Origin: Thermoanaerobaculia bacterium
Lineage (GTDB): Bacteria > Acidobacteriota > Thermoanaerobaculia > Multivoradales > Multivoraceae
Assembly (NCBI GenBank): GCA_963666565.1
Contig: OY762911.1
Location: 4,640,001-4,704,000 of the forward strand
Length of the DNA stretch: 64,000 bases
Direction: 5' to 3'
Shown: one piece after another, positions 10,099 through 19,900 of the stretch
How positions within the stretch are numbered: position 1 is the first letter of the stretch
How the letters are laid out: each line of letters begins with the position of its first letter
The notes under the pieces: model-generated
The model's database searches: none
What the model was told of the DNA's origin: nothing
The model's input: the letters and a program-made list of their open reading frames with translations, nothing else
Program-made: the position numbers and the translations under genes

Positions 10099-11759
10099 CA
10101 CGATCGGGGTCCCCCGCCCGCAGCCGGCGCCACGCCTGCACGGCGCCGGCGTGCGGGGAACCGGCCGCCGGCTGGGTGCGCGGGTCTTCCGACCCGCCGC
10201 CGCCGAAGGCGGCCGGAGAATCGGGCCGGCCGCAAGGCCGGCGCCGTTTCCGCGGCCAGTTCCCCGCCCGGCGGCGCGCCCGGTTCCGCGTAGACGCCGC
10301 CGCCCAGCGCGAGGATCAGGTCCGTCCGCGAGTCGAGTTGCTGACGTCGAGCCGCCAGCAACTGGCTCTCCGACTGAAACGACGTCCGCTGGCTGTCGAG
10401 CACCTGCAGGTAGCCGACGAGTCCCTCCCGGTAGCGGCCCTCCGCCAGGCGTTCCGCTTCCCGGCTCTCCGCCGCGGCCCGCTCGAGCGCCGCCGTCCGT
10501 TCCCCGAGCAGCCGTTCGGCGGCGAGGCCCGACTCGACCTCGGCGAAGGCCTGGAGCGCCGTCCGCAGCCAGTCCGCCTCCGCGGCGTCCAGGCCCGCTT
10601 CCACCAGATCCCGCCCGGCGCGCAGGCGGCCTCCGGACAGCAGGGGCTGTAGCAGGCCGGCGGCAAGGCTCCAGACCGAGAAGTCGCCGTCCAGCAGGTC
10701 GCGGAGCTCGCCGCTCGACGTGCCCGCCGATCCGTTCAGCGTGAAGCTCGGGTAGAGCGCCCGGTGGGCGGCGCGCAGCCGCTCCGATGCCGCGACCGCC
10801 CGGTACTCGGCCGCCCGCAGGTCCGGGCGGCGCGCGAGCAGAGCGGCCGGCGCCCCGGCCCCGGGCAGGGGTGGAAGCTCGGGCAGCCCCGCGGCCGCCT
10901 CGATCTCGGCGGCGGGATAGCGGCCGAGCAGGATCTCCAGTTGACGGCGCAAGCCGTCCAGGGTCTGCCGCTGCGCCGCCAGCGAGGCCTCCACCGCCGC
11001 GACCTGGGTCCGCGCCTGGCGCACCTCGAGCGCCGCCGCGACGCCGCGTCGGTAGCGGGCCTCCACCCGGTCGCGGGTCCGTTCCCGGCTGGCCAGGGTG
11101 CGCTCGGCCAACTCCACCTGCTGCGCCGCCTCGACGACGCCGAAGTACACCTTGGCGAGCTGGCCGGCGATCGAGAGCCGGGCGCCGTCGAGGTCCGCGC
11201 CGGCCGCGGCCGCCTCCGCCAGCGAGGCGGCGGTCAGCGCGCCGAGCCGGTCCCAGAGATCGACCTCCCAGCGGACGTTCAACGCCAGGCCGTACGACGT
11301 GAAGGCGAAGCTCCTCACGCCGCCGGGCTCGAAGCCGGGAATGGGGATCGGGATCGCCTCCGTCAGCCCGCTCTGCGCCGTGTTCTGTTTGCGCCGACCC
11401 GGGTCGAGCGACGCCTCCAGTTCCGGGTTGCGCGCCGCGCCGTCGAGCCGGGCCTGGGCCAGCGCGGCGTCGACGTTCAGAGCGGCGGCGCGGAGGCTGG
11501 CGTTGCGCTCCAGGCCCTCGACGACCAGCCGGGAAAGCAGCGGGTCGCCGAACGCCGTCCACCACTCCGCGTCGAGCGGCGGCGCCGCGGCCGGCGTTTC
11601 GGCCTCCGGCGCGGGGGCGCCCGCCTCCTGGCCGTAGACCGCCGGCACCGGCGCCTCGAGCTCCGGCGTCCGGGCAGCGCTGCAGCCGAGCAGCAGAGCC
11701 GCGCACGCCGCGAGAATGCGCGCACGCCGGACGCGACCCTGGAGTTCGGGGATCTTCAT
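10098..11759 (-). CDS. TolC/NodT-family outer-membrane efflux lipoprotein
   Basis: Lipobox LLLGC; WWTAFGDPLL, WEVDLWDRL, LLARRPDLRAAE and LILALGGG. Confidence 0.92.
   Translation of the reverse strand: MKIPELQGRVRRARILAACAALLLGCSAARTPELEAPVPAVYGQEAGAPAPEAETPAAAPPLDAEWWTAFGDPLLSRLVVEGLERNASLRAAALNVDAALAQARLDGAARNPELEASLDPGRRKQNTAQSGLTEAIPIPIPGFEPGGVRSFAFTSYGLALNVRWEVDLWDRLGALTAASLAEAAAAGADLDGARLSIAGQLAKVYFGVVEAAQQVELAERTLASRERTRDRVEARYRRGVAAALEVRQARTQVAAVEASLAAQRQTLDGLRRQLEILLGRYPAAEIEAAAGLPELPPLPGAGAPAALLARRPDLRAAEYRAVAASERLRAAHRALYPSFTLNGSAGTSSGELRDLLDGDFSVWSLAAGLLQPLLSGGRLRAGRDLVEAGLDAAEADWLRTALQAFAEVESGLAAERLLGERTAALERAAAESREAERLAEGRYREGLVGYLQVLDSQRTSFQSESQLLAARRQQLDSRTDLILALGGGVYAEPGAPPGGELAAETAPALRPARFSGRLRRRRVGRPAHPAGGRFPARRRRAGVAPAAGGGPRS
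10174..10214 (+). repeat. REP-like double-hairpin element, lying inside the 3' end of the TolC-family ORF
   Basis: GGGTGCGCGGGTCTTCCGACCCGCCGCCGCCGAAGGCGGCC matches the window-wide consensus. Confidence 0.85.
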
Positions 11760-11852
11760 CGGACAACTCCGGCCGCGAGACTACCCGTCGTCGGGGTCCG
11801 GCGCGGCGATCCGCTAGCGTCCCGCCATGGCTGCCCGCATGGAGGGAGCGCC

Positions 11853-12914
11853 GTGAGCGCCGCCGCGCCGTCCGGGCCGCCGCGCCCCGATCGCGGCCGC
11901 CGGCGCGCCCTGATCGAAGCCGCGGTGCGGGAGAACGAGGCCGAACTGGGCCGGCGGCGCGAGAAGGCCGCGAGCGGCGCCGGCCCGCCGGATCGCCGGC
12001 GCCGCCGCGTGCGTCGCCGGGTCCTGATGCTTTCGATCCCGGCCGCCTTCGCGGCGGCGCTCGGCTTCCTCGCACTGAATCCGCCGGACGCGGACTCGCC
12101 TTCCGCCGAGCCGACCGGCCGTCCACCGCCGGAGACCGAGGTTCTCTTCACCGGACCGCCGGCCTCGCTCGACCCCGACGTCTTCCCCCTGCCCGTGCGG
12201 CGGATCGTCCTCGATCCGGGCCACGGCGGCGCCGCTTCGGGCACGAGCGCCGACGGGCTGACCGAGAAGGCCCTCGCCCTCGACATCGCCCGCCGACTCC
12301 GCGACCTGCTCGTGGACGCGTACGGCGTGGCGCTGACCCGGGAAGCGGACATCGACCTGGACCTCGACCGCCGCACGTCGATCGCCAACCGCGCGGGCGC
12401 CGACCTGTTCGTGTCGATTCACGTCAACTGGCTGACGAGGAACCGGTCCTGCGGCGTCGAGACCTACTACCTCGGCCCCACCGACGACCCGGAGCTGTCC
12501 GCGCTCGCGGAACGCGAGAACTCGGAGGCCCAGGGCTACTCCCTCGGCGACCTGCGCCGGTTGCTCGACGGGGTATACGCCCAGGCCCGGCAAGACGACA
12601 GCCGCGCCCTGGCGACCGCGGTCCAGGAGTCGCTCTTCGAGCGCCTGCGCGCAGCGAATCCCGACCTCACGAACCGCGGCGTCAAGTCGGCGCCGTTCGT
12701 CGTCCTGATCGGCGCGGAGATGCCGGCGATCCTGGCCGAAGTCTCCTGCCTGTCCGACGCGGACGAGATCGAGCGCCTGCGCGACGACAGCCATCTGCAG
12801 GCGATCGCCGAAGCCCTGGACGCGGGGATCCGGAGCTATGCCGCCTCTCTGCTGCCCGAAGCGGAGACCGCCGGCGGCGACGCTAAGCTCCCCGGCGACC
12901 CGGACCGAAGATGA
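11853..12914 (+). CDS. Membrane-anchored N-acetylmuramoyl-L-alanine amidase (Amidase_3, AmiA/B/C-like)
   Basis: GTG start after GGAGGG; Arg-rich N-terminus followed by a TM helix. Zn-binding and catalytic motifs LDPGHGG, TEK, FVSIHVN and AILAEVS are intact. Confidence 0.9.
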   Translation: MSAAAPSGPPRPDRGRRRALIEAAVRENEAELGRRREKAASGAGPPDRRRRRVRRRVLMLSIPAAFAAALGFLALNPPDADSPSAEPTGRPPPETEVLFTGPPASLDPDVFPLPVRRIVLDPGHGGAASGTSADGLTEKALALDIARRLRDLLVDAYGVALTREADIDLDLDRRTSIANRAGADLFVSIHVNWLTRNRSCGVETYYLGPTDDPELSALAERENSEAQGYSLGDLRRLLDGVYAQARQDDSRALATAVQESLFERLRAANPDLTNRGVKSAPFVVLIGAEMPAILAEVSCLSDADEIERLRDDSHLQAIAEALDAGIRSYAASLLPEAETAGGDAKLPGDPDRR

Positions 12915-13972
12915 CCGCGCAGACCGCCGCCAGCACCGCAGGCACGACCAGGGGAGGGGTGCTCAAGGTGGGCATCGACCTGGGGACCTCCCGCAGTTCG
13001 ATCTCGGCCGCGAACGGCGAGCGCCACATGGTCCGGAGCTACGTCGGCTGGCCGCGGGACATCGTGGCCCGCAAGGTGCTCGGCCGCGACGTGCTGGTCG
13101 GCATCGAGGCCCTGGAGAAACGGCCGATGCTGGAACTGCGCCGGCCGCTCGAACGGGGGCTGATCAAGGAGGGATCGGAGCGCGACGAGCAGGCCGTGCG
13201 CGAGATCGTCCGGCGGCTGCTCGACCTGGCGGCGCCCGAGGAGCGGAGTCCGAGGCCGGCGATCCACGCCGTGGTCGGCGTGCCGGCCGAGACGCTGCGG
13301 GCGAACCGCCGGAACCTGCGGCGCATCCTCGAAGGCCAAGTCGCCAGCACGATGATCGTCTCCGAACCGTTCGCCGTCGCCTACGGCCTCGACGCCCTGG
13401 TCCACACGATGGTCGTCGACGTCGGCGCCGGCACCACGGACTTCTGCGTTCTGATGGGCCGCTTCCCGACCGAGGGCGATCAGCGCTCCCTGACCGTCGC
13501 GGGCGACGCCGTCGACCAGCGCCTGCACGCCCGGATCGAGGAGCGCTTCCCCGACGCCTCGGTCTCCATCCACATGGCGCGCGCGTGGAAGGAGCGGTAC
13601 GCCTTCGTCGGCGGGGGCGGTCCGGTCGTCGTCGAGGCGCCGGTGCGCGGCAAGCCGACCCCGCTCGACATCACCGAGCCCATGCGGACCGCCTGCGAGA
13701 GTCTGCTCGACCCGCTGCGCGAAACCTTGCTCGACCTGATCGCAAAGGTCGAACCCGAGTACCAGAACCGGGTGCGCAACAACGTGATCCTGACCGGCGG
13801 CTCGGGCCTGATCCGGGGCCTCGGCGCCGCGCTCCAGAACGCGCTCGGCGAGCTCGGAGGAGGCCGGGTGCGCGTGGTCAAGGACCCGGTCTTCGTCGGC
13901 TCCGACGGCGGCTTGACCCTGGCGAGGGACGTTCGGGAAGAGGACTGGCTGCGCCTGACCGGCGGCGGCTGA
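12911..13972 (+). CDS. mamK: MamK-like actin-family ATPase
   Basis: Actin motifs GIDLGTS, VSEPF, VDVGAGTTD and LTGGSG. Segments YVGWPRD, AVVGVPA, YGLD, EPEYQ and VKDPVFVG resemble Magnetospirillum MamK as recalled, rather than MreB. Confidence 0.82.
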   Translation: MTAQTAASTAGTTRGGVLKVGIDLGTSRSSISAANGERHMVRSYVGWPRDIVARKVLGRDVLVGIEALEKRPMLELRRPLERGLIKEGSERDEQAVREIVRRLLDLAAPEERSPRPAIHAVVGVPAETLRANRRNLRRILEGQVASTMIVSEPFAVAYGLDALVHTMVVDVGAGTTDFCVLMGRFPTEGDQRSLTVAGDAVDQRLHARIEERFPDASVSIHMARAWKERYAFVGGGGPVVVEAPVRGKPTPLDITEPMRTACESLLDPLRETLLDLIAKVEPEYQNRVRNNVILTGGSGLIRGLGAALQNALGELGGGRVRVVKDPVFVGSDGGLTLARDVREEDWLRLTGGG

Positions 13973-13977
13973 GCGCC

Positions 13978-14018
13978 GGGGGCGCGGGTCTTCCGACCCG
14001 CTGCCGCCGAAGGCGGCC
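13978..14018 (+). repeat. REP-like element between convergent genes
   Basis: GCGCGGGTCTTCCGACCCGCTGCCGCCGAAGGCGGCC. Confidence 0.85.
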
Positions 14019-14036
14019 AGAGAAACCCGCCGTCCG

Positions 14037-14795
14037 CTAGACCGGCGCCGCCGTCCTCGCCGGCGGCCCCGGCAGCAGGGACGCTAACTCGTCCAGGTCG
14101 GCCACCTTCGGGCAATCCACCTCCGGCCAGTCGCCCCACGGATCGAGCAGCACCGCATGAACTCCGGCGGCCCGCGCGCCGGCGACGTCGGCGGCGTAGA
14201 GGTCGCCGACATGCACCGTCCGTTCCGGCCGCGCGCCGGCCAGTTCGAGCGCGACCTCGAAGATCCGCGGGTCCGGCTTCTCGAACCCGACCGCAGTGGA
14301 GTCGACGAGGCCGTCGAAGAGATCGGAGTAGCCGATGTTCGAGACGGTCGTTCGCATCGTGCCGTCCGAGTTGCTGACCACGACCATCCGGTAGCCCCGG
14401 GCCCGGATCCGCTCGAGTGCTTCGCGGCTGCCGGGCAAGCTGCGGTTCCAGAGCCGGTCGTTGCGGCCGGGCGAGAAGAGACGGTTCGCCAGCGCGGAGG
14501 CGGCGTCGCCGGGGTCGGCGCCAGCGCGGCATGAAGCCGGAAGCCGCTCCAGGATCGCCCCCAGGTAGAAACGGAAGGCGTTGTCCCCCTCGGTCGTCCG
14601 CCGTTCGGCCAGGGCCGCGGAGAGCGCCGGCCGCGCCGCCGCTTCCGCACGCTCGATCTGGGCGCCGGAACACTCGACGCCGAGAGCTGCCGCGGCCGTC
14701 GCGACGCGGTCGAAGTCCATCGACAGGAAGGTGTTTCCCGCATCGAAGAAGACCGTGTCGAGTTCCTCCCAGGGAACCGGTCGCGCCGTCGCCAT
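14037..14795 (-). CDS. HAD-superfamily hydrolase
   Basis: Motifs FFDAGNT, VVSNSD, EKPDPRIF and HVGDLYAADVAGA. Confidence 0.9.
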   Translation of the reverse strand: MATARPVPWEELDTVFFDAGNTFLSMDFDRVATAAAALGVECSGAQIERAEAAARPALSAALAERRTTEGDNAFRFYLGAILERLPASCRAGADPGDAASALANRLFSPGRNDRLWNRSLPGSREALERIRARGYRMVVVSNSDGTMRTTVSNIGYSDLFDGLVDSTAVGFEKPDPRIFEVALELAGARPERTVHVGDLYAADVAGARAAGVHAVLLDPWGDWPEVDCPKVADLDELASLLPGPPARTAAPV

Positions 14796-14981
14796 GGCGC
14801 CGTAGTGTGCCACCAGCCGCCGAATCCGCCGCCGCGCGGGACTGCCGTCCCAGCGCCCGACGACGGGCGTACGGGACCGGCGCGCCGTCGCCGGAGACGG
14901 CCCGAAGGACGTGCCGGCCTCCACGTCCGGCGCCGCCGGCGGACGATCGTCTATTCTCCACGGTCACGGAGGACGACGACG

Positions 14982-16112
14982 ATGCGAAGAAACGCGATGG
15001 GTCCGGCGACGCTCGCCATGGCAACCGCTCTCCTGTTCGGCGCCGCGGCCGCCGCCCAGGACGAGCCCGACGAGGCGCTGCAGCGCCTCGGCAACGACCT
15101 GTTCGCCGAACTCCTGTTCAACAACCAGGGCACGGGCTTCGCGATCGCCTGCTCGGTGTGCCACGCCATCGGCGAGTCGGTGCCCGGCAAGCCCGAGCGC
15201 TACTACGCCGACCACACGCCGACCAGCCTGACCGCGAACCGCGAGACGACGGAGCGAAACGCGCAGACCCTGGCCGACGCCTTCCGCGCCGACGTGTTCG
15301 GCTGGGATGGCGCCTACGACTCGATGGAGGCCATGATCCTCGACAAACTGGTCGGCAAGCAGTACGGCTGGAACGACGAGGACCGCGACGCGGCGATGGA
15401 CAACGCGGCCTACGTGCTGCTCAACGAGGGCCACAACGCGATCTCGGGCGTGCCCTACCTCGACCAGTTCCAGGAGGTCTACGGCCTGGACCTCGAGTCC
15501 CTGCCGCGGCCCGAAGTGGCGGAGGCGGCCGCCCGCGCCCTAGCCGACTACACCCGCACGCTGACCTACACGATGACCGCCCGCTGGGACGCCTTCGCCG
15601 AGCAGAACCGGTTCCGCAAGCAGCCGAACGAAGGCGAGGACATGCTGAACTACGCGGCGAGCATCGAGAGCCGGATCTTCAACCAGGAAGGCCGGAACCT
15701 GATCCGGCGGCCGGAGGGGTTCACCGAGACGGCCTACGAGGGCTTCAAGACCTTCTTCCGCGTCTTCGACGTGGAGTCGGTAGGTGCCTGCGTCCGTTGC
15801 CACGTGCCGCCGACCTTCACCGACTACGCGCTCCACGGCACCGGCGCCGGCGAGTTGAAGACGCCGCCGCTGCGGAACCTCTCCCGCACCGACCCGTACC
15901 TGCACGACGGCGGCGCCGCCACCCTGGAAGACGCGATCCGGGCGCACATGGCGCTGGCCGAAGCCGCCGACAACGAACGGGAAGGCGTCGACCCGCTCTT
16001 CGGCGAGATCGCCATCTCGGACGCGGACATCGAGCCCCTCGTTCTGTTCCTCCAGATGCTGGACGAGGTGGGGCCCGACAATTTCCGTCACTACCTGATC
16101 AACTTCGAGTGA
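14982..16112 (+). CDS. Secreted di-heme cytochrome c of the bCcP/MauG superfamily
   Basis: Signal peptide; two CxxCH motifs (CSVCH, CVRCH); WDG; KTPPLRNLSRTDPYLHDG. Confidence 0.82.
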   Translation: MRRNAMGPATLAMATALLFGAAAAAQDEPDEALQRLGNDLFAELLFNNQGTGFAIACSVCHAIGESVPGKPERYYADHTPTSLTANRETTERNAQTLADAFRADVFGWDGAYDSMEAMILDKLVGKQYGWNDEDRDAAMDNAAYVLLNEGHNAISGVPYLDQFQEVYGLDLESLPRPEVAEAAARALADYTRTLTYTMTARWDAFAEQNRFRKQPNEGEDMLNYAASIESRIFNQEGRNLIRRPEGFTETAYEGFKTFFRVFDVESVGACVRCHVPPTFTDYALHGTGAGELKTPPLRNLSRTDPYLHDGGAATLEDAIRAHMALAEAADNEREGVDPLFGEIAISDADIEPLVLFLQMLDEVGPDNFRHYLINFE

Positions 16113-16171
16113 GCGGTCGGGGACGGGCCGCGAGTGCCGGTCCGCCGGCCCTCTGGCCGGCATCGGAGCGT

Positions 16172-16852
16172 GTGCAACCGGCCGTGGCGCGACGCGCGGC
16201 ACGGCTGGCCCTCGCCGCGCCACTGCTCGCCGCGCTCGCGCTCGCGGCGCCGCTCGCCGCCGACCCGTCTCTCGAACGGACGGACGCCCTGCCGCCGGAT
16301 CTCCCGGACTGGCTTGGCGCCCTGCTCGATCCGGCCGGCTACCGGGTGATCCGCGACGAGGGCCAGCCGATCGAGTTCTGGTTCCCGCCCGCGCTGCCGA
16401 TGCAGGACCCCTCGGCCGAACTCGGCGTCGAGTACCCCACCCTGCCGCCCGGCAGCCTCGTCGGCCTGATGCGCACGACGGACGACTGGAGCACCTACAA
16501 GAAGCAGATCGTGCCCGCCGGCGCCTACACCCTCCGCTACGCCGTGCAACCGGCCGACGGCGACCACACCGGGCAGACCTGGTTCCGCGACTTCCTCATC
16601 CTCATCCCGGTCGCGCTCGACACCTTCGATCCCTACGGCTTCCCGGAGCAGGAGCCGCTCGTGGAGGCCAGCATCACGATCGTCGAAGGCGCCACCCATC
16701 CGATGACGATGGCCCTGTTCCAGAACTACGACGGCGCGGAGAGCGCCACGATGTTCTGGAACGACCTCGACCAGCCCACGCTCGCCGTGCCCCTCGGCGA
16801 CGTGACCCTGGGGCTCGTCGTCGAGGGCCAGGGCGAGGAAGTGCCGCTGTAG
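16172..16852 (+). CDS. Hypothetical secreted protein
   Basis: GGAG plus GTG start; Ala/Leu signal peptide ending PLA-A; coding-like codon usage; GAYTLRYAVQPADGDH segment. Confidence 0.7.
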   Translation: MQPAVARRAARLALAAPLLAALALAAPLAADPSLERTDALPPDLPDWLGALLDPAGYRVIRDEGQPIEFWFPPALPMQDPSAELGVEYPTLPPGSLVGLMRTTDDWSTYKKQIVPAGAYTLRYAVQPADGDHTGQTWFRDFLILIPVALDTFDPYGFPEQEPLVEASITIVEGATHPMTMALFQNYDGAESATMFWNDLDQPTLAVPLGDVTLGLVVEGQGEEVPL

Positions 16853-16922
16853 GGCAGTCGCGGCCGCCGGTTGGACATCTAGGTTCCACGAATACGACAC
16901 GGTTCGGCTACACTCATGCACT

Positions 16923-19900
16923 TTGTCGCGAACCGGCCCAGGGGGTGCACGAGTGTCGGAAGGAGGGCTGAAGCGGTGCGGGGCATCGCGTCCGGAACGG
17001 CGCCGGGTCCGGCTGCCCGGGCTTCTGCTCGCCGCCCTCGCGGCCGCAAGCTCGTCCGCCGCCATGGCCACCGTACCGTCGAAACCGACGAAACCCACGG
17101 TGGCCGGCCAGGTCAGCGGCAGGGTCGCGCTTCAGTCCCAGGTCTTCTCGGAAGGCAGCTCGGCAATCACGAAGTGGCAGTACCAGGTCAAGAAGGGCGA
17201 GGGCGACTACAGCGGCTGGAGCCACATCGAGGCCTCCAACAAGCTGCTCGTCTTCACCCTTGGCGGCTTCGAGAACGGCGCCACCTACCGTTTCAAGGTG
17301 CGGGCCGTGAACGCCTCGGGCGAGGGCCCGGCCTCGGACGAATCCGACCCCGTGACCATCCCCGCCACGACCCCTTCCAAACCCACGGCCATCGGGGTTT
17401 CGGGGGACAACGCCTCGGTCGAGTTGACCTGGACCGCGGGGAGCGACGGCGGCGGAACGATCACCAAGTGGCAGTACCGGCAGAAAGCCGGCGAAGGAAA
17501 CTACGGCGCCTGGCTGGAAATCTGCAGGACGCAAACCGACGAGAACTGCCCGAACAAGGCCAGCCACACCGTCGACAGCCTGACCAACGGCACCGCCTAC
17601 AGGTTCAAGGTCCGCGCCGTGAACGGAACCGGCAACGGCGCGGCCTCCGACGAGTCCGCCGCCGTCACGCCGTCCACCACCCCCGCGAAGCCGACCGACC
17701 TGACCGTGGCGGCTTCCTGGCAGGCGGTCGACCTGGGCTGGACGGCGGGCGGCGACGGCGGCTCGGCGATCACCGGCTGGAAGTACCAACAGAAAGAAGG
17801 CAACAACAACTGGGGCGCGTGGCTCACCGTTCCCAACAGCGGAGCGAGCACCACCAGTCACACGATCACGGGCCTGACGACCGGCGCCGCCTATCGGTTC
17901 AAGGTTCGGGCCGTCAATGAAAACGGCGACGGCGCGGAGTCCGCCGCGTCCGCTTCGGCGACTCCCCCCGCCGCCACGCTCGCCGCCGGCGGCATCGCGG
18001 CGACGACCGCGACGCTGACGATCGGCAACTACACGGAGAGCTGGTACCGCAAGTACACCTCGCCCGCCGGCGGCGCGTGTTCCTCCACCGCCGTATCGAC
18101 CGCATCGACGACGGTGAACGACCTGAAAGAGAACACCTCCTACACCTTCGCGGCGTACACCGACGCCGCCTGCTCGACGCTGCTGGCCACCGCGGCGCCC
18201 TTCCCGACGCTGCCGCCCCAGCCCTCGAAGCCGGCGGCCACGGCGGGAACCAACGACGGCGAACTGATCCTGGCCTCGTCCGTCACGGGCGACGCCGCGC
18301 TGACCCGGTGGGAGTACAAGAAGAAGAGCGAGAGCGGCGCCTACGAGCCGGACTGGACGACCATGTCCAGCACCTCGGCGACGCTGAACCACACGGTCGC
18401 CGGTCTGACCGTCGGCACGAGATACCAGTTCAAGGTACGCGCGGTGAACGCCTCGGGCGCGGGCGCGGAGTCCGACGCCTCGACACTGGAGCGGGCGCCG
18501 GGCGAGGTCATCGAACCGGAGATCGAGTTCTACGCCATCGAGATCGGCCGGACCGCCGCGACCCTGGTCGTCTCCGGTTACCCGGGTCCGTGGTGGTACC
18601 AGGGCAGCCAGAAAGGAGCCGCCTGCACCGCGGTCGAGGCGGGGACCACGACGGTCAGCCTCATCGGTCTCAAGCCGGCCACTTCCTACACCTTCAGGGC
18701 CTACGGCGAGGCCGGTTGCCTGACCGACAGCGAACTCGCCAGCACGGAGATCACCACGCAGGACCCGCCGGAAGCGACGGCGCCGCCGGCGCCGTCGAGG
18801 CCGACGGCGACTCCCGGCCACGCTTCGGTGACCCTGACCTGGACCTCCAACGGCGACGGCGGCGCGGCGATCGGCAAGTGGCAGTACGTCAAGAGAGTTG
18901 GCGACGGCAGCTTCGAGACCGAATGGACCGACGTTCCCGGCGGCGGCGACGCCAGGACCTGCACCGTCGACGGCCTCGTCGCCGGAACCGCGTACCGGTT
19001 CATGCTGCGGGCCGTCAACTCCGTCGGCGCCGGCGCCCCCTCCGCCCCGTCGGCCGCCGCGATCCCGACCGACCTGGGACCGACGGTGCGTTCGCCGCTG
19101 CAGGACGTCGCGCTGCCGCTCGGAGGCGCGCCCGTGTCGCTCGACCTGGCGATCTCGTTCGCGGGCGAGGACCTGACGTGGGAAGCGTCGGTCGAGGACG
19201 AAGCCGTAGTCGGCATCCGCCTCGCCGGGCCGTCCCTGACGCTGTCTCCGCTGGCGCTCGGACGCACCGCGGTCACGGTGACCGCCGCGAACGGCTACGG
19301 CTCGGTCAGCCTGGCGTTCGCGGTCGACGTGCGGGACGCCATGCCATTCGTCGGCCGGCGGCTGCCGAACGCCACGATCCGGGTGGACGAAGGTCCCTTG
19401 CGGATGGAACTCGCGGACGCCTTTGGCGGCACTTCGCTGCGCTACGCCGCGTCGTCCTCGAACCCGGATGTCGCGCGGCTCTCGCTGGAAGGCAGCCGGC
19501 TGGTCGTCCGCCCGACCGGCGCCGGCATGGCGGACATCTCGGTCGCCGCGTCCAACGGCGTCGGCGAGGCGAAGCAGACCTTCAGGCTGACCGTGCGCGA
19601 CGCGCCGCCCCGGGCTGTCGGCACGCTGCCGGACCTGGAATTGGCGCCCGGCGACGACCCGGTCCAGATCGACATCGGACCGGCGTTCACCGGCTCCTCG
19701 CTGGTCTTCTCGGCGTCATCGTCCAACTCCGCCGCGGTTGCGGTCAGCGTGTCCATGCCGGTCGACGGCGGCGGAACCCTGACCTTGCTGCCACTGGCCG
19801 TCGGGCGGGCAACGATCGCCGTCCGTGCCACGAACGTCTCCGGCGACGCCGTTCAGCGCTTCACGGCGACGGTCGCAGATCGCGCGCCGGAGGTCGTCGG

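Noticed and set aside
11853-16852. Magnetosome gene cluster around the MamK-like gene
   Set aside because: No mamA/B/E/I/M/O/P/Q-like genes are visible. The neighbours are an amidase, a HAD hydrolase and an RND pump, and the nearby di-heme protein is bCcP/MauG-like rather than a magnetochrome.
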